From an uncultured archaeon (GTDB lineage: Archaea; Thermoplasmatota; Penumbrarchaeia; JASLWR01), in the NCBI GenBank assembly GCA_964342815.1, contig CAYFHS010000002.1, positions 216,790-280,789 of the forward strand: 64,000 bases of DNA, in the 5' to 3' direction. The position numbers and the translations under genes were made by a program. This document shows positions 10,238 through 18,706 of the stretch, piece after piece. Positions within the stretch are counted from its first letter, which is position 1. The number at the start of each line of letters is the position of its first letter. A model generated the notes under the pieces. It had not been told where the DNA came from, ran no database searches, and saw nothing but the letters and a program-made list of their open reading frames with translations.

Positions 10238-11265
10238 CTACCTCCGCAGGAATCCTCTTCGGTAATCCCCACCGTTTGGTGGGGTGGAGAAGAGGAAGCA
10301 GATTCCTGCGTTTTCGAGGATGAAACCCACAGATCATCTGTGGGTGATTCATCGCACCTGTTTATGATATAATGATCTATTTTTCCCTCATTTAGGAAAT
10401 ACCGACCATGCCCACTTTGTTCCGCAGAATCAGAGATACTGCTGCACCTTCGATTTCCCTTGGAAATCTGCTGGTCCAGTCGATTTTTTTCGTCAATCGC
10501 GAGAACAGTACCCCCCTCTTTTTTTGGGCTGCTTTTTCCAAAAAAGTAGTTTTGGGCCGCTTTTTTTTCTAAAAAAAGTGGTTTTTCACCATCAATGAAA
10601 AACGCAGCGAGAGACACCCTGAAATCATTTCCATCAACCGGAGCAAGAGCTTTGTAGACGCCAAGGGCGGCATCTCGGACATTTTTGAAGGGAAGTTCAC
10701 AAATCGGCGGTTCGCCTTCGAACGACGGGAGCGGATTTACATTATCTCCCGAATAGGTGGCGATCATTCGCCCGAAACCCGGGCGCATGGAAAATTCGAA
10801 ATTGTATTTTTCTCTGTAATCCTCCCCGCCCCGTTTTAAAATACCCAGGGCAAATTTGTTGGACTGAGGAGTAATAAAACCGCTTATTCTCGGTGTATAA
10901 TGGGGCGGGTCCGGCTCATAGCTCCACTGATCCAAACCTTTATCCAGCACTTCAAGCGGGCCCATTCCATCTTCGTATTTCTCCATGAGGGAAAGCGTAT
11001 GTTTTCCGTTAGAGACACCGATACCTCTTTTTATCGAAACTGCCGGGTAAATAAGAAGATCGGGATCACCTTTTCTCAATTCCTCTTCATCAGTGGGTTT
11101 CACCAGTAATTCGTTGTCACTGAATTCGAACTTTCTTGCCTGGCTCGCAGGAGATCGGCCCGTTATCGCATATATGACGACGGTGCGCGTATCCGATGCG
11201 TTCCTACCAACAATAATAATTCGGCCAGGGTATGTCATTTTTTCAATTTCTCTTAAGCTCGTCAT
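10234..11265 (-). CDS. purO: IMP cyclohydrolase (PurO-like Ntn fold) with extra insertion/extension
   Basis: YPGRIIIVG, ITGRSPASQAR, YEPDPPHYTPRISG motifs; overlaps the purH start. Confidence 0.8.
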   Translation of the reverse strand: MTSLREIEKMTYPGRIIIVGRNASDTRTVVIYAITGRSPASQARKFEFSDNELLVKPTDEEELRKGDPDLLIYPAVSIKRGIGVSNGKHTLSLMEKYEDGMGPLEVLDKGLDQWSYEPDPPHYTPRISGFITPQSNKFALGILKRGGEDYREKYNFEFSMRPGFGRMIATYSGDNVNPLPSFEGEPPICELPFKNVRDAALGVYKALAPVDGNDFRVSLAAFFIDGEKPLFLEKKAAQNYFFGKSSPKKEGGTVLAIDEKNRLDQQISKGNRRCSSISDSAEQSGHGRYFLNEGKIDHYIINRCDESPTDDLWVSSSKTQESASSSPPHQTVGITEEDSCGGR

Positions 11266-12059
11266 ATCACCTCACTGAATTCGATGCCTTCGGGAATTAA
11301 ATTTCCGTCCAGATATATCCGGTCCTCCTCATCCCGGGTATATCTTCCTTCTGAGATCAATTCAATGGTTTTCGGAAAAATCTTCCAGTCACCTTCTTCT
11401 TTCAATCTTTCCTGAGTTTCCAACGCAACACTTTCAAACATTCCTAGCTCGTCACTGCCAACCAACAGATCTCTACCAATACCATCCGGCAGCACGGGCG
11501 CAACAGCATCGGACACCATGAGAATGGCGCCTCCATCCGGGATCTCCGTGACCAGATGAACAGTGCTGTGAACATATTTCTCACCGCTCAACAGGGCATT
11601 CATTACAGGTACATGTCCGATCCCGCCTGCGTATTTCCGCCCGCCGCTCCCATCCAGCGGCCGGAGGTCCGCCGGATGAACGTTCAAGGTCAGAAAATTC
11701 TTATGAATTTCCTCTGTTACGAACCAATTATAACCAGCCAGAGCAACAAGATCAATCTCATTATTACGGAATCCATCGGCAGCGAATCCATCAAACAGCA
11801 TTCGGGCGTCCTTCCCCTTTTTTCCACATTCCCGAAAGAATCTTTTTCGGTCGTTCACCATTGCGGGCAAGTCGTACTTTTTTCCAATTTTCTCGGTATT
11901 GCTCTCGGGATTTTCACTGAACAGCATACGCACTTCAAAGGATGGGATAGGGGCGGCTCTCGCATATTCTATTATCTTCACCGCATTGGTCCCGGAGCCG
12001 GACATCATTATTGCGACCCTCATAAGTCTTTCCCTTGGAGCGAACAGGGGGACATTCAT
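11262..12059 (-). CDS. purN: Phosphoribosylglycinamide formyltransferase (atypical long form)
   Basis: MSGSGTN, LAGY, LNVHP, TVHLV..DGG formyltransferase motifs. Confidence 0.85.
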   Translation of the reverse strand: MNVPLFAPRERLMRVAIMMSGSGTNAVKIIEYARAAPIPSFEVRMLFSENPESNTEKIGKKYDLPAMVNDRKRFFRECGKKGKDARMLFDGFAADGFRNNEIDLVALAGYNWFVTEEIHKNFLTLNVHPADLRPLDGSGGRKYAGGIGHVPVMNALLSGEKYVHSTVHLVTEIPDGGAILMVSDAVAPVLPDGIGRDLLVGSDELGMFESVALETQERLKEEGDWKIFPKTIELISEGRYTRDEEDRIYLDGNLIPEGIEFSEVI

Positions 12060-12072
12060 TATTACACCGGTT

Positions 12073-13443
12073 CTATTGAAATCCGCCTATGGTTTTTCGG
12101 TATCTCATACAGTTATTATCGTTATTGCGGTGATCCAGGAACGCCAACTTTCCAATATTTCTATAAGCTTTTTCCACGGCTTCCTCAAATACCGTACTGC
12201 TGCCAACAACGTGAAGTACACGCCCGCCCTTGGTAACAAGCCCTCTTTCAGGGTGCTCGTCCACACCGGAATAGAATACTGCGATCCCCCGCTCGATATT
12301 ATCCAATCCTTCGATCTTGTAACCCTCTCCGTACCTTCCCGGATATGGTTTGAACCATCCTCCGCTGGGGGACCTTGCCTTTCCGGCCATTGCAATTACG
12401 TCGACATAGAAATTCTTGTTCCATTTTTGTTTTACCCTATCGAGATTCCCTTCCCAGGTCGCCATGGCTATCTCGAAAAGGTCGGTCTGGAGTTTTCGGA
12501 GGATCACCTGGGCTTCCGGGTCGCCGTGCCGGACATTAATCTCGAAAACGCAGAGACCGCCGTGCTCATCAATGTTAAGCCCGAAATAGAGTACTCCCTT
12601 GTAATTCCACCCCAGTTTATTGTAAACCGCATTTACCGTGGGACTAACGATCTCTCTTATTATCCTGTTGGACAATCCCGGGGTAGCCAGATCATGGGGG
12701 CAGCAGCACCCGGTACCTCCCGTGTTCAAGTTTCCACCCAAGATCCTAATTGTGTCCGTATCAGTGGGGTCGCAGGCAGGTTTGTAATCCCGTGCGAACA
12801 TTCGTAACGGTAAAAAATGCTCGCCGTCCAGATAAGCAAAGAAAGATATCTCATTCCCGTATTTTCGTTCCTCAATGACGCAGATATCTCCGGATTTTCC
12901 GAATTTTTTCTTCACTATTAAAGTATCTACAGCGGCTTCGGCATCACTGACGTCATCGCATACGATGGCGCCCTTGCCTGCAGCCAGCCCATTCGCCTTG
13001 ACAACGACCTGATATCCTACATTACGGACATATCTTTTGGCGGCTTCAGCATCATGGAAAGCCCTGTATTCGGCCATGGGAACACCGGCAGCCGCCAGCA
13101 AGGTCTTGGTAAATACCCTGTCGTTTTCTATCTGAACATATTTTGCCCTCGGTCCCACAGTGGGCAGACCCGCCCTGTTCAGAACATCTACGAGCCCTTC
13201 GTCAAGTGGATTCTCACTGCCCACATCCACAAGCCCCACACCGTTCTCCAGGCAGAATTCCCTGACCGCCTTGAAATCCCTTATTGGAACCTGCTCTATA
13301 TATCCTCGCTGACCCTTGGTGGTATATTTCACACCCGGATTGCCTGGAGCGAAATATACCTTCTCCACATGTTTGCTCTCGATATATTTGTCGCAAAGAC
13401 AATGATCGCGTCCTCCGGAACCGTAAACCAGTACCTTTTCCAT
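12073..13443 (-). CDS. purD: Phosphoribosylamine-glycine ligase
   Basis: GSGGRDH, APGNPG, VVKANGLAAGKG, NTGGTG, FEINVRHGDPEAQ, GGRVL. Confidence 0.96.
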   Translation of the reverse strand: MEKVLVYGSGGRDHCLCDKYIESKHVEKVYFAPGNPGVKYTTKGQRGYIEQVPIRDFKAVREFCLENGVGLVDVGSENPLDEGLVDVLNRAGLPTVGPRAKYVQIENDRVFTKTLLAAAGVPMAEYRAFHDAEAAKRYVRNVGYQVVVKANGLAAGKGAIVCDDVSDAEAAVDTLIVKKKFGKSGDICVIEERKYGNEISFFAYLDGEHFLPLRMFARDYKPACDPTDTDTIRILGGNLNTGGTGCCCPHDLATPGLSNRIIREIVSPTVNAVYNKLGWNYKGVLYFGLNIDEHGGLCVFEINVRHGDPEAQVILRKLQTDLFEIAMATWEGNLDRVKQKWNKNFYVDVIAMAGKARSPSGGWFKPYPGRYGEGYKIEGLDNIERGIAVFYSGVDEHPERGLVTKGGRVLHVVGSSTVFEEAVEKAYRNIGKLAFLDHRNNDNNCMRYRKTIGGFQ

Positions 13444-13444
13444 T

Positions 13445-14878
13445 TCAACTACCCCCTATATCAAGAATTCTTTTGGCGAACAATACGGCATTCCCCGGAT
13501 CGATGATCACAGCTAATGGCAATTTTGAGGGCATTCTGAGGCTTGAATGAACGTCGGCCATGTAAGCTTCATTATCACTGTAAGGATTGCATGATATCAC
13601 CGGGAAACGAGAATTACCAGCCACCACCGGACCAAGACCGTTGCTTCTACCGGCGGATGTTATTATGACCACCGGCTCAATGCTGTTGTCAAGTTTACGA
13701 ATATATTCCAATACTTTGTGGGTCTCCTTGTGTGCCGAGGCATAGAAGGGACCGACATACGGGATCTTGTTATCTTCCAATGACTTCGCGAATCTCTCAC
13801 AAAAACGCTGGTCCCGGGGGCTTGCAGCCATGAGCTGGACGCAGCCGCCGTATATGTACCCGCCGGCTCGAAGATTTTCCATGATCCTCTTTTTGGGGTT
13901 CTTTGCCAGGCTGAAATCGAATTTCCTGCCCACGAACCTCTCGTATAGTCGTATATATTTGAGTGAGGTCTCGATAACCTGGCGGTCATTCAGATCCGGC
14001 AGTTCATTTACCTTACCCCCACCTTTCTCAAGCAGGGCATCTCTAACAAACTGTTTGCTGAGCTCCTCGATCTTCAATTCACTCTCTTCTCTCAATAGAT
14101 GGGTGACACTTTCAAAGTTACCTGTTTTCATTTTGGCCCGGATCGCTGAGAATTTCCGTTTCCATTCTTCCCTCTCACAGAATCTGGAAGAGTCGGGAGT
14201 GTTCACCTCGTCTATCAGGTGCAGTTCTCCTACTTCATCGACGCCGAACTCGTATTTCGTATCTATCAGGATAAGCCCAAGCTCTTCAGCCTCTTTTGAG
14301 AACCGATTGAAGAGGGAAATCGATTTTTCCATTACTCTGCGGGCCATATCCTCTCCAAGCAACCGCACGGTGTCTTCGAAGCTAATGGGCAGATCATGAC
14401 CTTCTTCCGCCTTGGTGGTGGGTGTGTACATGGCTTCTTCCAGTGACTGGTATCTGATAAGATCCTCCCCGAGCTTAATTCCGCAGAATTCTCTTTCGCC
14501 CTTCTCGAAGGAATCGGCCATGCTTCCCCAGAGATATTTTCTTACTACGCACTCCACCCCTATGTTCTTCATTTTTTTCTGAACCATTATGTTCGCATCG
14601 GGTACGTCTATCACAGCAGTAGGGATAATATTGCGGGCTATCTTCATGTTATGCTCGCTTATTCCCGTTAGTACGGCTCCCTTGAAAGGTATGCATCTGG
14701 ACAGAATGAAATCGAAAGCTGAAATACGGTCAGTGGTCACAAGAACTGCCCTGTCCTCTTGAAAATAAATATCCCGTACCTTTCCCTTCTTTAGTTCCCC
14801 AAGTTCAGGGAGAAAGGCCGACTCTAGCACGTTTTCGAGATTCTCTTCTATCATCGTCTCATATTCAGTCCTTGTCAT
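13445..14878 (-). CDS. purCE: Bifunctional SAICAR synthetase / class II AIR carboxylase (PurC-PurE fusion, PAICS-like)
   Basis: N-terminal KGKVRDIY, TDRISAFD, DTKYEFG, DEVNTPDSSRF; C-terminal SAHK...AGRSNGLGPVVAGN..FPVISC..SSLRMPS. Confidence 0.9.
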   Translation of the reverse strand: MTRTEYETMIEENLENVLESAFLPELGELKKGKVRDIYFQEDRAVLVTTDRISAFDFILSRCIPFKGAVLTGISEHNMKIARNIIPTAVIDVPDANIMVQKKMKNIGVECVVRKYLWGSMADSFEKGEREFCGIKLGEDLIRYQSLEEAMYTPTTKAEEGHDLPISFEDTVRLLGEDMARRVMEKSISLFNRFSKEAEELGLILIDTKYEFGVDEVGELHLIDEVNTPDSSRFCEREEWKRKFSAIRAKMKTGNFESVTHLLREESELKIEELSKQFVRDALLEKGGGKVNELPDLNDRQVIETSLKYIRLYERFVGRKFDFSLAKNPKKRIMENLRAGGYIYGGCVQLMAASPRDQRFCERFAKSLEDNKIPYVGPFYASAHKETHKVLEYIRKLDNSIEPVVIITSAGRSNGLGPVVAGNSRFPVISCNPYSDNEAYMADVHSSLRMPSKLPLAVIIDPGNAVLFAKRILDIGGS

Positions 14879-15700
14879 CTATATCACCAGATTTTTTCTT
14901 GCATATTTTACAGCATTCCGAAAGATACCAACACCCATACCTTCCTCGGGCAATTTTTCCCGCTTTCTTTCATCTCTCAAGCGGGTCCAGAGCGGATGAT
15001 TCGTATAATGCAGATAACCCTCCGGATGAGGCATTAATCCGAAAATACGTCCAGAGGGATCGCACAGAGCAGCTATATCGTTGGGAGAGCCGTTGGGGTT
15101 GAAGGGATATTTCCCTTCCGCATTCGCGAGGTTCGGTCCTGCATATCGGGCAGCTACCAGATTCGTGTCTTCAAGCTCTCTTAAAGTTTCTTTCCCCGTG
15201 AAGAACATCCCTTCTCCATGACGGACCGGAAGCTCAATATGGTCGATCCCTCGGGTCCAGATGCACGGCGAAGCGTGGTTGATGTTCAAAGAAACCCACC
15301 TATCTTCGAATCGGCCGCGGGAATTGCGCATAAGAGTCACGCTTTGACTCGAATAATCCCCTTGGAGGCCGGGCAGCAAGCCAGATTTTACAAGCACCTG
15401 GAAACCGTTGCATATACCTATGATCAGCTTGCCATCCTTGACGAATTTTTGTACCTCGGCGTTCAGTTTAGTCCTTAATTTTAGTGCAAGCGCTTTTCCG
15501 GCTCCTAGAAAATCACCGTGGGCGAAACCGCCGGGAATTGACAATATATGATAATCGTCGAGACACTTTGTCCTGTCGATAAGCTCGTTTATATGCACCC
15601 TACGGGCGAGCGCTCCGGCAAGTTTGAAGGCGTACTCGGTTTCCAGCTCGCAGTTGATGCCAAAACCGGTCATAATAAGCGCTTTAGGCTTCATTTTCAA
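14879..15700 (-). CDS. purQ: FGAM synthase glutaminase subunit
   Basis: GINCELET, PGGFAHGD, GICNGFQ, MPHPE triad motifs. Confidence 0.96.
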   Translation of the reverse strand: MKMKPKALIMTGFGINCELETEYAFKLAGALARRVHINELIDRTKCLDDYHILSIPGGFAHGDFLGAGKALALKLRTKLNAEVQKFVKDGKLIIGICNGFQVLVKSGLLPGLQGDYSSQSVTLMRNSRGRFEDRWVSLNINHASPCIWTRGIDHIELPVRHGEGMFFTGKETLRELEDTNLVAARYAGPNLANAEGKYPFNPNGSPNDIAALCDPSGRIFGLMPHPEGYLHYTNHPLWTRLRDERKREKLPEEGMGVGIFRNAVKYARKNLVI

Positions 15701-18672
15701 TACCTCATTGGGGATTGCCAGGCCTCTTTTAGAACTGTTATATCGCTTCGAATTATTACATTCCCATCTATGCCGATGACCTTGAACTCCGAGGATTCTA
15801 ATACTTTCCCGATACAGGAATATCGAGCATCAGTTAATAATTCTTCAAATCTCCCGCGCAGGTGGGGAGCCACGGTGACCACTAACCTTGAGGCTGATTC
15901 CGAGAAAAGCACTCCATCATTTCTGCTAACTCCCGTGGTGGGTACACTTCGCAGATCCACCTCCATTCCAAGATCCCCGGCGAAGGCAGTTTGGGCCAAC
16001 GCCACTCCCAGGCCGCCTTTGTAGCACCCGTGCATGGAAGCCACCAGTCCCTCCTCAACTGCTTTGTTCAGACCAGTGTAGATGATCTTTGCCTTCTCGC
16101 CATCAACTTTTGGTACGTTATTACCCACCGCTCCCATCATGTCGAAATATTCCGACGCGCCCAATTCATCCCTTGTGATACCGACCACATAAACGATATC
16201 CCCCGCTTTCTTGACATCCATGGTCACGCATTTTCTAACATCCTCGATCTTGCCAACAGCAAGATATTGGACCATTGGAAGCCCCGATATCTTTTTACTT
16301 CTCCCTTCCCGATCTTTGATGAATCCGTCTATGGACATGCTGTCCTTACCGCTTATACAGGGGGTTCCGAAGGATACCGTATAATCGTACAAAGCCTGAT
16401 TCGCCCTCACCAGTTGAGCCAAGAGATCGGCATCGTTCAACGGAAGCGGCCAGTTGAAGTTATCGTTCAATATCATTCTATCGAGGGAACCCCCCACCGC
16501 GATTATCCGTCGTATCGCCTCGTCAATAGCCATGGCGCTCATGTGATAGGCGGATATCTTGCTGTAGTGAGGATTCAAGCCCGATGAGATTGCCAGTCCC
16601 TCCATGGAATCCAGAACGGGGCGTATGACGACAGAATCGCTCTCCACATCGCTCCTAGCGCCCACCAACGGTTTTATCACGGACCCACCCTGAACTTCGT
16701 GATCGAACTGCCTTATTATGTACTCCCTGCTGCATATGTTCGGTCGAGAAAGCATTTTTATGAGTACCCGGGTGTATTTTTTGTCCTCACCGAGCTTTGG
16801 TACTGGAAAAATATTTCTTTTCTCCTCGCGTGCGTTCAGCTCCATCTGAGGAACTCCTTCATGAAGAAACTCCATATCGAGGTAAACCACCGATTCTCCG
16901 CCGTACTTTACGTGGAAAGTCCCGCTGTCAACGAATTCTCCCAGTACGGTCACCTCCACGTCGTGCTTTCTTGCAAGTCTCTGAAAGAGAGATATTTTTT
17001 TGGGGGGAACCGCAAATGTCATTCTCTCCTGGGACTCGCTAACCAGTATTTCCCACGGGTTCAGATTTGGGTATTTCAGCGGTGCACGATCCAGATGGAG
17101 TACGCAGCCGCCCTTCTTGCCGCAGAAGCCGGCAGTTTCCCCCACCGAGGAGTTAAGTCCCCCGGCTCCGTTGTCCTGAACGAAGTTGTAGAGACCTTCA
17201 TCCCTGGCCTCGAGAAGCATATCCATCAACTTCTTCTGCATGTATGGATCGCCTATCTGAACGTGGCCGGCCGGCGTTGTGTCGTCAAACGGCCTCGATG
17301 AGGCAGTAGCCCCGTGTATGCCGTCTACTCCTATCCGACCGCCGGCCATTACGATCAGGTCTCCGGGCTCAACTCTCTTTTCCCAGCCGGGTTTCCCGTT
17401 TACCCGTGAAGGTATCATTCCCCCGGCAGCAACCAGAATTATACATTTACCCAGGTAGCTCTCGTCAAAAAAAACTCTCCCGTATGGTGTGGGAACGCCG
17501 TGCTTGTTGCCGCCGTCCTCGACCCCTTTTCGCACCCTTTCAAGAAGAACTCTCGGGTGCTGCGGAGGGCTTAGCCTGCCGTGAAAATCCTGCGGACCCA
17601 CCATGAATCCATAATAGCCGAAAACTATCTTTGCACCCATTCCGGTTCCCATGGGGTCTCGGTAAACACCCACGATCCCGGTGATTGCACCGCCATAGCC
17701 TTCCATGTTGGACGGACTGTTGTGGGTCTCGCATTTCAGGCAAAAAAGCCAGTCCTTGTTGAATTCCATTACACCTGCATTGTCCCAGAAGACGGATTTG
17801 ATCCATGGCCGCGTTTCCATGATTTTTTTGGTAGCTCCTTTGATGTAGGTATCGAATAGACTGTCGATGTCGCATCGCTCACCGTTTGCTCCTCTGAAGT
17901 GGATAATGGCGTTGAACTGCTTGTGTTTGCAGTGCTCGCTCCATGTCTGCGCCAAGGATTCCATCTCCGCATCAGTAGGTATTTTCTGGAGACCCACCCC
18001 CACCCGGCGCCGTGCAACACCTTCCCGATCATAGTATTCCACAATTGCCTGAAGCTCCTGCCTGCTCAAACCCCATTGGCTTGAATCGCTCAAGTTAAGA
18101 AGTTCTTCGGGCTCCGCAGCAAGATCGATATACTCAATGACGGGGGGATTGTTAATGGAAGCTCTCGCCAATGTATGGGGGACTCCCACATCGGACCAAT
18201 GCGAATAATTGCTGATATACCATCTCTGGACCAGCGGATTGGCAAGCAGGCGTGATGCAATCTTTTCTTGTTCAAAATCCGCCCCTTCTACTCCTTTTAT
18301 CCGGTACTGGATCGAACTGGATATTTTATCCTTGAGACCCAACGTAATACCTATATCACGAAAAGCCTCTTGGGCCACTCTTGCGGCATTATCGGTCAAA
18401 CCGGGTTTCCACCCGACTTCGATGAGCACGTCGAAGCCCTCTTTTGAGGGCAATTTCTCATAGCTTGACATCTCGGAGATGGGGTCTGTAAAAATAAGTT
18501 CCTTCAGTTTCGTCAATTTTTCGGGACTAAGATCCGCATCAATGGTGAATACTGAAACGACATTGACCGATTCCAGAGGAATGTCCAGCTCGTTTCGTAT
18601 CCTTTTTAAGATGCTGGCTCCCTCAGCGTTTATGAGGTCCGGTCTTGTGGAAATCTCCAGTCTGAATGCTAT
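15697..18672 (-). CDS. purL: FGAM synthase large subunit with two N-terminal PurS-like domains
   Basis: WSEHCKHK, ETHNSPS, DNGAGG, SESQERM, SGKDSM; the frame stays open upstream of the listed TTG (18516) to 18690; probable start ATA at 18672-18670. Confidence 0.92.
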   Translation of the reverse strand: MAFRLEISTRPDLINAEGASILKRIRNELDIPLESVNVVSVFTIDADLSPEKLTKLKELIFTDPISEMSSYEKLPSKEGFDVLIEVGWKPGLTDNAARVAQEAFRDIGITLGLKDKISSSIQYRIKGVEGADFEQEKIASRLLANPLVQRWYISNYSHWSDVGVPHTLARASINNPPVIEYIDLAAEPEELLNLSDSSQWGLSRQELQAIVEYYDREGVARRRVGVGLQKIPTDAEMESLAQTWSEHCKHKQFNAIIHFRGANGERCDIDSLFDTYIKGATKKIMETRPWIKSVFWDNAGVMEFNKDWLFCLKCETHNSPSNMEGYGGAITGIVGVYRDPMGTGMGAKIVFGYYGFMVGPQDFHGRLSPPQHPRVLLERVRKGVEDGGNKHGVPTPYGRVFFDESYLGKCIILVAAGGMIPSRVNGKPGWEKRVEPGDLIVMAGGRIGVDGIHGATASSRPFDDTTPAGHVQIGDPYMQKKLMDMLLEARDEGLYNFVQDNGAGGLNSSVGETAGFCGKKGGCVLHLDRAPLKYPNLNPWEILVSESQERMTFAVPPKKISLFQRLARKHDVEVTVLGEFVDSGTFHVKYGGESVVYLDMEFLHEGVPQMELNAREEKRNIFPVPKLGEDKKYTRVLIKMLSRPNICSREYIIRQFDHEVQGGSVIKPLVGARSDVESDSVVIRPVLDSMEGLAISSGLNPHYSKISAYHMSAMAIDEAIRRIIAVGGSLDRMILNDNFNWPLPLNDADLLAQLVRANQALYDYTVSFGTPCISGKDSMSIDGFIKDREGRSKKISGLPMVQYLAVGKIEDVRKCVTMDVKKAGDIVYVVGITRDELGASEYFDMMGAVGNNVPKVDGEKAKIIYTGLNKAVEEGLVASMHGCYKGGLGVALAQTAFAGDLGMEVDLRSVPTTGVSRNDGVLFSESASRLVVTVAPHLRGRFEELLTDARYSCIGKVLESSEFKVIGIDGNVIIRSDITVLKEAWQSPMRY

Positions 18673-18706
18673 TCGGCACCATCTCCTTTGTTAAATTCAA
18701 TTTTTT

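Noticed and set aside
10240-10360. ZTP (pfl) riboswitch upstream of purH
   Set aside because: The context fits, but the pfl consensus elements (GACUGGCG..GGUGGG P2 and the 3' GCCUGGGC pseudoknot hairpin) are not present
11556-12807. 226-aa and 302-aa + strand ORFs
   Set aside because: They are antisense to clearly assigned purN and purD
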